This document shows, one piece after another, positions 42,088-49,546 of a stretch of 49,546 nt of DNA. The stretch lies in the IMG/VR virus record IMGVR_UViG_3300038438_000005. One strand, written 5' to 3'. The stretch comes from a virus. Made by a program: the position numbers and the translations under genes. Position 1 is the stretch's first letter. Each line of letters begins with the position of its first letter. The notes below the pieces were generated by a model that did no database searches, was not told where the DNA came from, and saw nothing but the letters and a program-made list of their open reading frames with translations.

Positions 42088-43183
42088 GACTTTGGGTCCC
42101 TACCCGTTTCAGGATCTGGTCCAGGCCTATTACGACTGCCGGCGCACCAAGCGCAACAGCGACAGCGCGCTGGCTTTCGAGATCGACCTGGAGCGGAACC
42201 TGATCCAACTACACGACGACCTGGTCAGCGGCAATTACCGCCCAGGCCGATCCATTTGTTTCGTGGTCACCAGGCCGAAAGCCCGCGAAGTTTGGGCAGC
42301 AGCCTTTCGGGATCGCGTCGTCCACCACCTGATGTACAACCATGTGGCACCGCGCTTTTACGCCAGCTTCATAGCGGACAGTTGCGCATGCATTCCAGGT
42401 CGCGGCACGTTATACGCCGCCACACGGCTTGAGTCGAAGATACGCAGCGCCAGCGAGAACTGGTCGAAGCCGATCTTCTACCTGAAGTGCGACCTGGCCA
42501 ACTTCTTCGTAGCCATCGATAAGGCCGTGCTGCGAAAGCAACTGGAAGCCAGGATAACCGAACCCTGGTGGCTGGCCCTGGCTACGCAGATCCTCATGCA
42601 CGACCCGCGCGAGGATTACGAGACGCGCAGCCCGGCGCACCTGTTCAACCGGGTGCCGCAGCACAAGCGCCTGGTTGCGCAGCCCGCCCACCTCGGCCTG
42701 CCCATCGGTAACCTGTCGTCGCAGTTCTTCGCCAACGTCTACCTCGATGCCCTGGACCAGTTCGCCAAGCATCGCTTGGGCGCCAAGCACTACATCCGGT
42801 ATGTCGATGACTTTGTGTTCCTGCATGAGTCACCGCAACAGCTCAACCAGTGGCTGGCCGAGGTCGAAGCGTTTCTGCCCAGGCTGGGGGCCAAGCTGAA
42901 CCCCACCAAGACGGTCCTGCAGCCCGTGGATCGCGGCGTCGACTTCGTTGGTCACGTCATCAAGCCTTGGCGGCGAACCACCCGTAAGCGGTCGCTGGCA
43001 CAGGCATTGAAGCGAACGGCCGCAGCACCAGCCGAGGATCTGCGCGAGACGGCCAATAGCTACTTCGGCCTACTCAGTCAGGCCAGCCACAGCGACAAAG
43101 ACCGGGCCGCACTCGCCCGCGTCGTGCTGAAGCGCGGCAATAGCGTCAACGCCGCGCTGACGAAGACCTTCCAGAAGAAGTAA
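42023..43183 (+). CDS. DGR-type reverse transcriptase
   Basis: It has the YVDD catalytic motif (HYIRYVDDFVFL) and the DGR hallmark IGNLSSQ (the I/LGxxxSQ motif). It also has FRDRVVHH. The true start is uncertain: ATG 42023/42026 lie inside the TR, and the in-frame alternatives are GTG 42065 and TTG 42092. Confidence 0.85.
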   Translation: MMAIRTTTTRTTSSVSAPSADSTLGPYPFQDLVQAYYDCRRTKRNSDSALAFEIDLERNLIQLHDDLVSGNYRPGRSICFVVTRPKAREVWAAAFRDRVVHHLMYNHVAPRFYASFIADSCACIPGRGTLYAATRLESKIRSASENWSKPIFYLKCDLANFFVAIDKAVLRKQLEARITEPWWLALATQILMHDPREDYETRSPAHLFNRVPQHKRLVAQPAHLGLPIGNLSSQFFANVYLDALDQFAKHRLGAKHYIRYVDDFVFLHESPQQLNQWLAEVEAFLPRLGAKLNPTKTVLQPVDRGVDFVGHVIKPWRRTTRKRSLAQALKRTAAAPAEDLRETANSYFGLLSQASHSDKDRAALARVVLKRGNSVNAALTKTFQKK

Positions 43184-43205
43184 CTCCCCACTCCACCGCC
43201 CGGGC

Positions 43206-43805
43206 GTGGCCCGGCAAGGACTCCCCATGCCTACAGAAAACCAAATCACCGCGCCGCTGCTGGTCGAGCGCTCGACAGTCACGAAGCTGGTTATCACCGG
43301 TGCGCCACAGCTTGATCCGATCACCGTCTTCCTCGAGGACTTAGCCCCACGCAAGGGCAAGATCACTGTCAGCTGCTGGGGTAAGAGCTGGACGGCGTCC
43401 TGGGGTGGAATGTGGGACGGCCTGAACATTGGCCAGTTTTTCTGCGAACTGAACGCCGGCTACATCATCGGCTACTTCGACCAGGCGATGGGCCCACGGC
43501 AGTTCAGTGGTGAGGCGCTTGCAAACAAAGTACAGGCTGCCGTGTTGAAGGATCGCCGGCGTGGTGAGCACGGCCAGTACGAAGCGCGCGAGCTGTTCAC
43601 CGAGGCTGAAGATCTTCGCGAATCGCCATCAATTGACCATCTTCACGGCGCGCACAGCGAACTGATGCACAAGATTTTTGGGGATGAGTGGTGGCATCTG
43701 ACCAACGATGCCACCGAGCCAAACCCCGATTACGCCTACCTCGAGCGGATCATTCACGCAGTGCAACAGGCGCTGCGCCAGGAACAGCAGCAGGAGGCAG
43801 CATGA
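43206..43805 (+). CDS. Hypothetical protein
   Basis: 199 aa (or a start at 43227), coupled to the next gene by ATGA. Confidence 0.5.
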   Translation: MARQGLPMPTENQITAPLLVERSTVTKLVITGAPQLDPITVFLEDLAPRKGKITVSCWGKSWTASWGGMWDGLNIGQFFCELNAGYIIGYFDQAMGPRQFSGEALANKVQAAVLKDRRRGEHGQYEARELFTEAEDLRESPSIDHLHGAHSELMHKIFGDEWWHLTNDATEPNPDYAYLERIIHAVQQALRQEQQQEAA

Positions 43806-44122
43806 AGCGCATCTACCTCAGCGGGCCCATGAGCGGCTTGCCAGGGCTGAACTTCCCTACCTTCCACAGCATGACCGCCAGCCTGCGCGCCAGCGGCCAC
43901 ACAGTCACCAACCCCGCCGAGATAAACCCAGAAGGCGGCACCTGGACCGACTGTATGCGCCGCGACATTGCCGCCCTGATGGACTGCGACATCGTGGCCA
44001 CCCTGCCCGGCTGGGAGAATTCAAAGGGCGCAAAGCTGGAAGTGCTGATCGCCGAGAAGCTCGGCATGACCGTTGTGGATGCCCATGATCTGGTAACGAG
44101 GGAGGCTGGGATCAATGCCTGA
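43802..44122 (+). CDS. DUF4406 / nucleoside 2-deoxyribosyltransferase-like protein
   Basis: MKRIYLSGPMSG...NPAE...LPGWENSKGAKLE fits the family pattern. Confidence 0.6.
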   Translation: MKRIYLSGPMSGLPGLNFPTFHSMTASLRASGHTVTNPAEINPEGGTWTDCMRRDIAALMDCDIVATLPGWENSKGAKLEVLIAEKLGMTVVDAHDLVTREAGINA

Positions 44123-44303
44123 TTTCAGAAGGAAGCGTGACGGCGCGCTGTATTCGACCAACCGAAACGTCTGCCGTCGGCCGGGATTTAATCACTGGGG
44201 CGACTGCTACTACCTGATTCCGATCTGGGAAGGCCGCAGCCATTACAAAACTGTCGAGGCGTTCAATCGCGAATACCTGACACTTTCAGGAGAAAGGCCA
44301 TGA
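44115..44303 (+). CDS. Hypothetical small protein
   Basis: 62 aa, within the coupled gene chain. Confidence 0.45.
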   Translation: MPDFRRKRDGALYSTNRNVCRRPGFNHWGDCYYLIPIWEGRSHYKTVEAFNREYLTLSGERP

Positions 44304-44902
44304 GCACAACACCGAAGTTTGACTTGAAGACATCCGAAGGCGGTCGAGGCTTCATAGCGAACCTGTTTGTGACAGTGCTCAGGCGCCATGACTTCACCAC
44401 TTACATCAAAGAGCGCTTGGCCGCGGACTTCGCCTGTGCGCTTTCGCAATTAATCTCGAGTGCCCAGGCAAGAGAGTTTGAATTGCAACAGCGCCTGACC
44501 GCAGCGGATGAGCGGGCGGACGTGCTGGAGGGTCGAGTATCGATGCTGATTCGCGAGCTGAAAGAGCTGATCAATGACGATGACGGGATTCTGGTGGCGG
44601 CGGAACTCAGTACTGGATTCGTGTGGCATGTATTGCAGAAGCACGGCAAAGCCATTCAGGCCGCACTCAAGCCAGCAGAGGCAAAGCGCAACCAGTGTGA
44701 CGGATGTCAGGCAGGAATACCGGTCGTGAACGGTGCGCACCGCATGGGCAAGCCGGGCGGATACCCGGACACTATGAGCTGCACCGCCAAGCTGTACAGG
44801 CCAGCAAGCGGCTCGACCTGCAACCAGATCCTCGAAGAAAGCGGCCTTCCAACCAATTACCTATGCAAATCCTGCGGACGCGGCGCTTGCATTGATCGGT
44901 GA
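44300..44902 (+). CDS. Hypothetical protein with a coiled-coil and a C-terminal Cys cluster
   Basis: 200 aa. The Cys cluster reads CDGC...C...C...CKSCGRGAC. Confidence 0.5.
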   Translation: MSTTPKFDLKTSEGGRGFIANLFVTVLRRHDFTTYIKERLAADFACALSQLISSAQAREFELQQRLTAADERADVLEGRVSMLIRELKELINDDDGILVAAELSTGFVWHVLQKHGKAIQAALKPAEAKRNQCDGCQAGIPVVNGAHRMGKPGGYPDTMSCTAKLYRPASGSTCNQILEESGLPTNYLCKSCGRGACIDR

Positions 44903-44974
44903 CGCGATGAAAACCCAACTCCCCGCCTACTGCTGGTGCCTGCTGGCACTGGCACAACTGATTTGAGGTGATTT

Positions 44975-45262
44975 ATGGCGAGTGCGCCGAAGCCTACCCA
45001 TTTTGTTTATGAATGCCGGACCTGCAAAAAACGAATAACCCAACCAATTCTGCCAGTCGCTGAGGAAACGCCCATCCCAACTTGCTGCCAGGGATCGGGG
45101 CTTTCTGGAATGTGGGAACGAGTGGATTGTCACCGCTGCCAGGCTCTCAAAGAAAAAATCATTGATACAGCCGCGACCGAAGAGCGCGCCATTGTCGAGC
45201 AGATGGGCGACATGGCGGCATTCATGCGGGCGGAAGACGGAAAGCAAGAGGTGACGCCATGA
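44975..45262 (+). CDS. Cys-rich small protein
   Basis: 95 aa. The Cys pairs read CRTC...CC...CHRC. Confidence 0.5.
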   Translation: MASAPKPTHFVYECRTCKKRITQPILPVAEETPIPTCCQGSGLSGMWERVDCHRCQALKEKIIDTAATEERAIVEQMGDMAAFMRAEDGKQEVTP

Positions 45263-45525
45263 TCGCCACCCCGCAAAAAGTTCCAGACGCCGGAACCGGC
45301 ATGTTGCCTATTCGACTGCAGAAGCACGGCGCGCCGGGCGAGGTGTATCCATGCCCGACTCATTCCGGCGATAGCTGCTCCTACTGCGGTGGCACCGGCA
45401 TGCGCGCCATCTGCAACAAGACGGATTGCCATGAGCATGGGTGTCAGGGTGGTGGTTGCTCGCGAACTGCCGAGGACTATCGAATCCAACAACTGCGCAA
45501 GTCCAGAGCGGAGACAAAGCGATGA
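45259..45525 (+). CDS. Cys-rich small protein with a DnaJ-type CxxCxGxG motif
   Basis: It carries CSYCGGTG and further Cys/His pairs. 88 aa. Confidence 0.5.
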   Translation: MIATPQKVPDAGTGMLPIRLQKHGAPGEVYPCPTHSGDSCSYCGGTGMRAICNKTDCHEHGCQGGGCSRTAEDYRIQQLRKSRAETKR

Positions 45526-45574
45526 TCGCCACCCTCTGGTTCGCCTACGTCTTCATCTACAAGGGGCCGAGGCC

Positions 45575-46045
45575 ATGAATGCGCAAGTGCTGGATCCCTG
45601 CAGCGCCAGCCGAATGATGTGGTTCGACAAGGGCGACCAGCGCGCCCTGTTCGGCGACATCCGCGATGAAGAGCATGTGTTGTGTGATGGCCGGGTGCTG
45701 AAGGTTGAGCCCGACGTCATCATGGACTTCCGGCACCTGCCCTTCCCTGACGCCAGCTTCAACATGGTGGTTTTCGATCCTCCGCACCTGGTGCGCGCCG
45801 GCCGGGAAAGCTGGCTGCGGCTGAAGTACGGAATCCTGACCGACGACTGGCGCGACGATCTGAGCAAAGGCTTCGCGGAGTGCTTCCGGGTCCTGCGGCC
45901 TGGCCAGTTCCTGATCTTCAAATGGAACGAGACCCAGGTCAGGGTCAGCGAGATTCTTGCCCTTACCGACGAGCAGCCGCTGTTTGGCCACAAGTCAGGC
46001 AAGCGCGAGAAAACGCACTGGATCACTTTCATGAAGAAACCCTAA
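45575..46045 (+). CDS. Putative SAM-dependent DNA methyltransferase (orphan)
   Basis: It has the VVFDPPH motif and a downstream LRPGQFLIFKW. 156 aa. No restriction partner is seen. Confidence 0.5.
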   Translation: MNAQVLDPCSASRMMWFDKGDQRALFGDIRDEEHVLCDGRVLKVEPDVIMDFRHLPFPDASFNMVVFDPPHLVRAGRESWLRLKYGILTDDWRDDLSKGFAECFRVLRPGQFLIFKWNETQVRVSEILALTDEQPLFGHKSGKREKTHWITFMKKP

Positions 46046-46083
46046 CCCACCTTCTGCCGCCCAGCGCGGCAAGGACACCCCCT

Positions 46084-46290
46084 ATGTCTCAGATTGAAAT
46101 ATGGGAAGGACAACGGTTCGCCGCGCAGATGATTGAGCAGGCATCCCACCTACCCAAGTGCATGTTTGATGGTTGCGGGCCGGTGGAGACGATGGTGCGC
46201 AACCTTGAAACGGCGTCCCAGGTTCGGCCGGCGGATTACGCGAAGGGAATGCTGCAGGTGATCGAGGCAGTCCGCCATGGCCATTGCTGA
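46084..46290 (+). CDS. Hypothetical small protein
   Basis: 68 aa, starting at the internal ATG of track ORF 45880-46290. Confidence 0.45.
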   Translation: MSQIEIWEGQRFAAQMIEQASHLPKCMFDGCGPVETMVRNLETASQVRPADYAKGMLQVIEAVRHGHC

Positions 46291-46456
46291 GCTGCACGGC
46301 CGGAGCATTACCCCGTTTGAGCAGGGCTTCCTGTCCTTCATCAAAGGCTTAGGCCCCAAAGACAACCCATTCGACGGGGAAAAATCACCCGTCTCTAACC
46401 ATCGCTGGGCAGCCGGCTGGAACAAAGCACAGCGTGAAGCTGGGAGGAAGGCATGA
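46277..46456 (+). CDS. Rmf/CrpP-like small protein, 59 aa (not in the track); tentative
   Basis: GLGPKDNPFDGEKSPVSNHRWAAGWNKA resembles the G...(C/N)P(Y/F)...RxxWxxGW pattern of ribosome-modulation-factor/CrpP-like proteins. It has an ATGA overlap with the next gene. Confidence 0.4.
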   Translation: MAIAELHGRSITPFEQGFLSFIKGLGPKDNPFDGEKSPVSNHRWAAGWNKAQREAGRKA

Positions 46457-46782
46457 CGGATTACGCAGAGTTGAAGCTCATGGCGCAGCATGCGTCGGGG
46501 TTCTCTGACATGAGTTTGGCGCCGGATGTAGTTCTTGAGTTGATCGCAGAGAACGAGGCGTTGCGTGAAGCCAACGATAAGTTTTCTCGGCGAAATGGAA
46601 TGCTCGAGGAGAACGTGAAAACCCTAACAGATACGCACGTTCTGTACACCTGGCTGCGCAAGAAGTGCGACCAACCAAGCAACGATGTGGTGGCCTTGAA
46701 CATGAATATCGGCCATGACTGGGTGCCGGTTCATGACCTTGACCGCGATCTGTGGGCGATGATCAACCGGGAGGAGCCATGA
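46453..46782 (+). CDS. Ead/Ea22-like protein (paralogue of 28534-29112)
   Basis: MTDYAELKLMAQHA and VVLELIAENEALREA are shared with the minus-strand copy. Confidence 0.55.
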   Translation: MTDYAELKLMAQHASGFSDMSLAPDVVLELIAENEALREANDKFSRRNGMLEENVKTLTDTHVLYTWLRKKCDQPSNDVVALNMNIGHDWVPVHDLDRDLWAMINREEP

Positions 46783-46931
46783 CCACCCACCGAATCAAAG
46801 ACAACGCAGGCCGATGGCACCGCGTGTCGAAGTCAACCGCCAAGTCAGGGAGCTACGTCAGCTTCTACCGTGGCGAGCCAAGCCGGCTTTGGATGCCGGG
46901 TCAATTCAAGGCTGTGGAGGTGGCGAGATGA
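46779..46931 (+). CDS. Micro-ORF, 50 aa (not in the track)
   Basis: It has ATGA overlaps at both ends. The product is MTTHRIKDNAGRWHRVSKSTAKSGSYVSFYRGEPSRLWMPGQFKAVEVAR. Confidence 0.4.
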   Translation: MTTHRIKDNAGRWHRVSKSTAKSGSYVSFYRGEPSRLWMPGQFKAVEVAR

Positions 46932-47221
46932 GCGATAAGGCGAAAGAAGAGTTTGAGGCTTGGCATTCCGAGCAAGTGGCCTACCTTTTTGAGCACGGAG
47001 AGTCGAACGCTGCAAGTGTTTGGGCCGGCTTCAAGTCATTGCTCGAGATTGCTTGGAAGGCCTCCCGCGCCGCCATTGAGGTGGAGCTGCGTGAAGCCTA
47101 TCAAAAAGGCTGGGATGCGTCCGGCGAGGGCTGGAATGGAGAGCATCCTGGAATGGTGCACACCCGGGAGTCCTGGCAGCGCGAACGAGACAAATCACTC
47201 GGCCTGAAGGTGAAGCCATGA
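46928..47221 (+). CDS. Hypothetical protein
   Basis: 97 aa, starting at an ATGA overlap. Confidence 0.5.
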   Translation: MSDKAKEEFEAWHSEQVAYLFEHGESNAASVWAGFKSLLEIAWKASRAAIEVELREAYQKGWDASGEGWNGEHPGMVHTRESWQRERDKSLGLKVKP

Positions 47222-47712
47222 GCATTGAACCAAATATTGTCGGCGTTCCACGCCAAGTAGTAATTGAAGCAATCACAGCCTTGAGATTTTCATGTCAATC
47301 AAACAACTTCGTATCAGAGGTTATCGATAAATTAGGTTCGTTACTCATTAACTCGACGGATAAGCAGGATAGCAAGCAAGCCGCCAACTGCCGGGGCGAG
47401 ACGATGGAGGCGCCTATCGAAAGCAGAGAAGTTCAATCAGGGCCAGGAACTACGGCCGCTCAAATGATGTTCGGCGGGGACTCTATCCACTTTCCAGGGG
47501 TTCCTGGGGATACCGAAAGCTACACGCGGGATTTTTTCGATCTGCCGAGCGGCCTACGGGAGTCCGTTACAGCAGCCCACATCACCATATCTACCGCATA
47601 CCGGCAGCTACTGGGCGCCCTTGGCGACGAAGACATGAGCCATAGCGATGCCCTTGCTTGTGCTGCTGGAAAGGCGGTTTTACCTGTTCACGAACGAACA
47701 AACAAGCAGTGA
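47218..47712 (+). CDS. Hypothetical protein, last gene of the early-left arm
   Basis: 164 aa. The 5' third is visibly lower in GC. Confidence 0.45.
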   Translation: MSIEPNIVGVPRQVVIEAITALRFSCQSNNFVSEVIDKLGSLLINSTDKQDSKQAANCRGETMEAPIESREVQSGPGTTAAQMMFGGDSIHFPGVPGDTESYTRDFFDLPSGLRESVTAAHITISTAYRQLLGALGDEDMSHSDALACAAGKAVLPVHERTNKQ

Positions 47713-47958
47713 CGCACCAAGCCCCAACAGGGTCGGCCATGTGAAAAACAAACCAAGCCCCAAGGCAGGGACCCCCACCAAAAACCATGGATCTATAAAA
47801 ACACTCAACAACTTCATCAATGCACTCCGTGTCCAGGCGATGAAGTTTACTAAACGATCGGCACAAATTTAAAGAAAGTTAGCTGACTGTCAATTTTTGC
47901 ACGACCCCAAGCCCCCATCCAATCAATCCACCCGGCAACGGCGTGGCGAGGCATTCCT

Positions 47959-48360
47959 ATGGCCAACACAAAGCTGGCGCCGGTCCTAGAGACCGCGCCG
48001 CGCTTCATCCGGGCGAAACACGCACCTACTTATCTCGGCATGTGTCGAGCGGTTTTTGACGAAACCGTCCGCCCCTGCGTCCGTGAGTTCCCAATTGGAA
48101 AACAGGGCGTTGCCTTCGACAGGCATGAGCTGGACCAGTGGGCAGACGCCTACGTCGAGCGCATGGCAATTGAAAAACAGACCAATCGGGACAACAATCC
48201 GCCCCGCAGTGGGCGCCTGGGAGAAAAACAATGGCGCGAAAAACAATGTCGGGCCTCTACGAGAGGAACGGGATTTGGCACATCGACAAAGTCGTCAGAG
48301 GTTGCCGACTTCAAGAAAGCACTGGAGCAAGCGAGAGGGAAGAAGCAGAGCAATACCTGA
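47959..48360 (+). CDS. Excisionase/AlpA-like DNA-binding protein (putative)
   Basis: The segment FIRAKHAPTYLGMCRAVFDETVRPCVREFPIGKQGVAFDRHELDQWADAY fits the winged-helix Xis/AlpA pattern. The open frame runs 130 nt into the integrase gene, so the true 3' end is uncertain. Confidence 0.5.
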   Translation: MANTKLAPVLETAPRFIRAKHAPTYLGMCRAVFDETVRPCVREFPIGKQGVAFDRHELDQWADAYVERMAIEKQTNRDNNPPRSGRLGEKQWREKQCRASTRGTGFGTSTKSSEVADFKKALEQARGKKQSNT

Positions 48361-49427
48361 TTCACCGGCTGGAAAAGCTCAGGCAGGAAAAGGTTTACGG
48401 AGTGCGACAGGTGCGAACCTGGCGTGAGGCCGCCACCCGATTCCTGGTGGAGTTCAAGGACCAGGCATCAATCAGTCTGTCCGCCTTACACATTGAGCAG
48501 CTGGACCCGTACATCGGGGATCTACCAATCACCCACATAGATGACGGAACCCTGGCCGCATTCAAGCGAGACCGACAGAAATCGACGACAAGCGAAACAG
48601 GGAAGGTAAAGCCAGGAGTATCGAACCGGACTGTCAACATCGCGTTACAGCGTATCGTTCGGATCTTGAACCTGTGCCACAGGAAGTGGCGAGACGCAGA
48701 GAAGCGGCCTTGGCTGGATAGCGTGCCGATGATCTCAATGCTGGAGGAGGCGAAGTCAAGCAGGAAGCCATACCCGATGTCCTGGGCTGAGCAGTCGATG
48801 CTGTTCTCTGAGATTCCGGATCACCTGTTGAGGATGTCACTCTACAAGGTAAACACCGGGTGCCGAGAGCAGGAAGTCTGCAAACTTCAGTGGGATTGGG
48901 AGATTAGGGTTCCGGAATTGGGAACGAGCGTGTTTCTGATCCCCGCTGATTTTGGCGGGAGAAGTGAAAAGTCAGGCGTAAAGAACGGCGACGAGAGACT
49001 GGTGGTGCTGAACAAGGTGGCGATGTCGGTCATTGATGGTCAGCGCGGCCTTAACTCAAAGTACGTCTTCCCCTATGGGCAGCCGGACGAGCGTGGTCCT
49101 ACCCCGATGCATCGGATGAATGACACGGCATGGAAGAAGGCCAGGGTGAGAGCCGCGGCGAAATGGGAGCTGGAGCATAAGTCGCCGGCACACCCTGGGT
49201 TCAGATCAATCCGGGTTCACGACCTCAAGCACACCTTTGGGAGAAGGCTACGTGCAGCAGGAGTGACACTGGAAGATCGGAAGGCGCTCTTGGGACACAA
49301 GAATGGCAGCGTTACCAGCCACTATTCTACCGCAGAGCTTGAGCAGTTGATCACGGAGGCAAACAAAGTGTCAGCGACTGATTCGCGCGGACCGGCACTG
49401 ACAATCTTGAGGAGGAAAACGGGATGA
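48231..49427 (+). CDS. int: Tyrosine integrase
   Basis: 398 aa with a C-terminal catalytic region (VHDLKHTFGRRL...LLGHKNGSVTSHY, giving the R...HxxR...Y pattern). It is adjacent to the tRNA-derived att repeat. The start is 48231 or 48246. Confidence 0.9.
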   Translation: MARKTMSGLYERNGIWHIDKVVRGCRLQESTGASEREEAEQYLIHRLEKLRQEKVYGVRQVRTWREAATRFLVEFKDQASISLSALHIEQLDPYIGDLPITHIDDGTLAAFKRDRQKSTTSETGKVKPGVSNRTVNIALQRIVRILNLCHRKWRDAEKRPWLDSVPMISMLEEAKSSRKPYPMSWAEQSMLFSEIPDHLLRMSLYKVNTGCREQEVCKLQWDWEIRVPELGTSVFLIPADFGGRSEKSGVKNGDERLVVLNKVAMSVIDGQRGLNSKYVFPYGQPDERGPTPMHRMNDTAWKKARVRAAAKWELEHKSPAHPGFRSIRVHDLKHTFGRRLRAAGVTLEDRKALLGHKNGSVTSHYSTAELEQLITEANKVSATDSRGPALTILRRKTG

Positions 49428-49429
49428 AC

Positions 49430-49447
49430 CCCCGCAAAAGTCCCTAC
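49430..49447 (+). promoter_or_regulatory. Candidate integrase arm-type site (right arm)
   Basis: It is the 18-mer partner of 144-161 and starts 3 nt after the integrase stop. Confidence 0.4.
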
Positions 49448-49493
49448 GCATGAAAAATCCCAACTCGCTAAAGCTGGGCTAAGTCATTGAAAA

Positions 49494-49546
49494 ATATGGT
49501 CGGGACGGAGTGATTCGAACACTCGACCCCTAGCACCCCATGCTAG
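49494..49546 (-). repeat. att core repeat, right copy
   Basis: Perfect 53-bp match to 1-53. It lies 67 nt downstream of the integrase stop codon. Confidence 0.9.
49497..49546 (-). tRNA. tRNA-Pro(GGG), 3' portion only (the window ends inside the gene)
   Basis: It has the same arms as the left copy: anticodon GGG with G37, a 5-nt variable loop GGGTC, a canonical T loop and a CCA end. The D arm and 5' acceptor strand would lie beyond position 49546, so intactness cannot be confirmed here. Confidence 0.6.

Larger units (their letters stand above)
1..49546. mobile_element. Integrated temperate phage (podovirus-type morphogenesis, lambdoid-type regulation) inserted in a tRNA-Pro gene
   Basis: There is a perfect 53-bp direct repeat at both window ends. 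A tyrosine integrase lies next to the right repeat. The interval is filled by a CI/Cro switch, replication, Nin-type, Q-like, lysis, terminase, portal, capsid and tail genes. Confidence 0.9.

Noticed and set aside
42013-42432. ORF beginning MNFDDGNQNNNDKNNELRVRPVRR, which looks like a third DGR target
   Set aside because: It is the TR itself read in the VR frame (Asn-rich because of AAC codons). It has no upstream lectin-like body and then runs out of frame through the RT gene.
47825-47834. 10-nt match (CTCCGTGTCC) to the invariant 3' block of the DGR repeats, in the intergenic region before the xis-like gene
   Set aside because: There is no flanking homology to the TR or VRs and no lectin-like ORF. 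A single 10-mer match is within chance expectation for a 50-kb GC-rich window.

Overview
The window is one complete integrated temperate phage of about 49.5 kb. It is GC-rich, and a Pseudomonas-like host is an inference from composition only. It is bounded by a perfect 53-bp direct repeat (1-53 = 49494-49546) that is the 3' part of a tRNA-Pro(GGG), with a tyrosine integrase at the right end. The minus strand (478-32440) carries a lambdoid-style early-right and late operon: Cro-like and RHH regulators, a Rha/KilAC antirepressor-like gene, a replication initiator with internal iterons, a DnaC-like loader, NinB, NinG, a Q-like antiterminator, a late promoter with tandem terminators, holin, SAR endolysin, nested spanins, TerS, a four-gene insert, and TerL. 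It continues with a podovirus (T7-order) morphogenesis block: portal, scaffold, capsid, adaptor-like, nozzle-like and internal core proteins, and a tail fibre. The plus strand carries an S24-type CI repressor, then a PL-like promoter and an early-left arm (33.4-47.7 kb) of small, translationally coupled genes. The main finding is a complete diversity-generating retroelement at 40.1-43.2 kb. One template repeat (41983-42087) differs from two variable repeats only at template adenines (15 and 11 changes). The variable repeats sit in two tandem small C-type-lectin/DUF1566-like genes, and the cassette also has an Avd four-helix-bundle gene and a DGR-type reverse transcriptase. The cassette lies in the early/accessory arm, not in the tail module. 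The second finding is a 2.6-kb sparsely coding, highly structured leader (33.4-36.0 kb). It opens with a consensus boxA and contains two RNA elements that share a closing helix with the same A.C mismatch; one of them encloses a tRNA-like T arm and acceptor helix. All functional calls rest on motifs I recognise by eye and on gene order. No database search was run.
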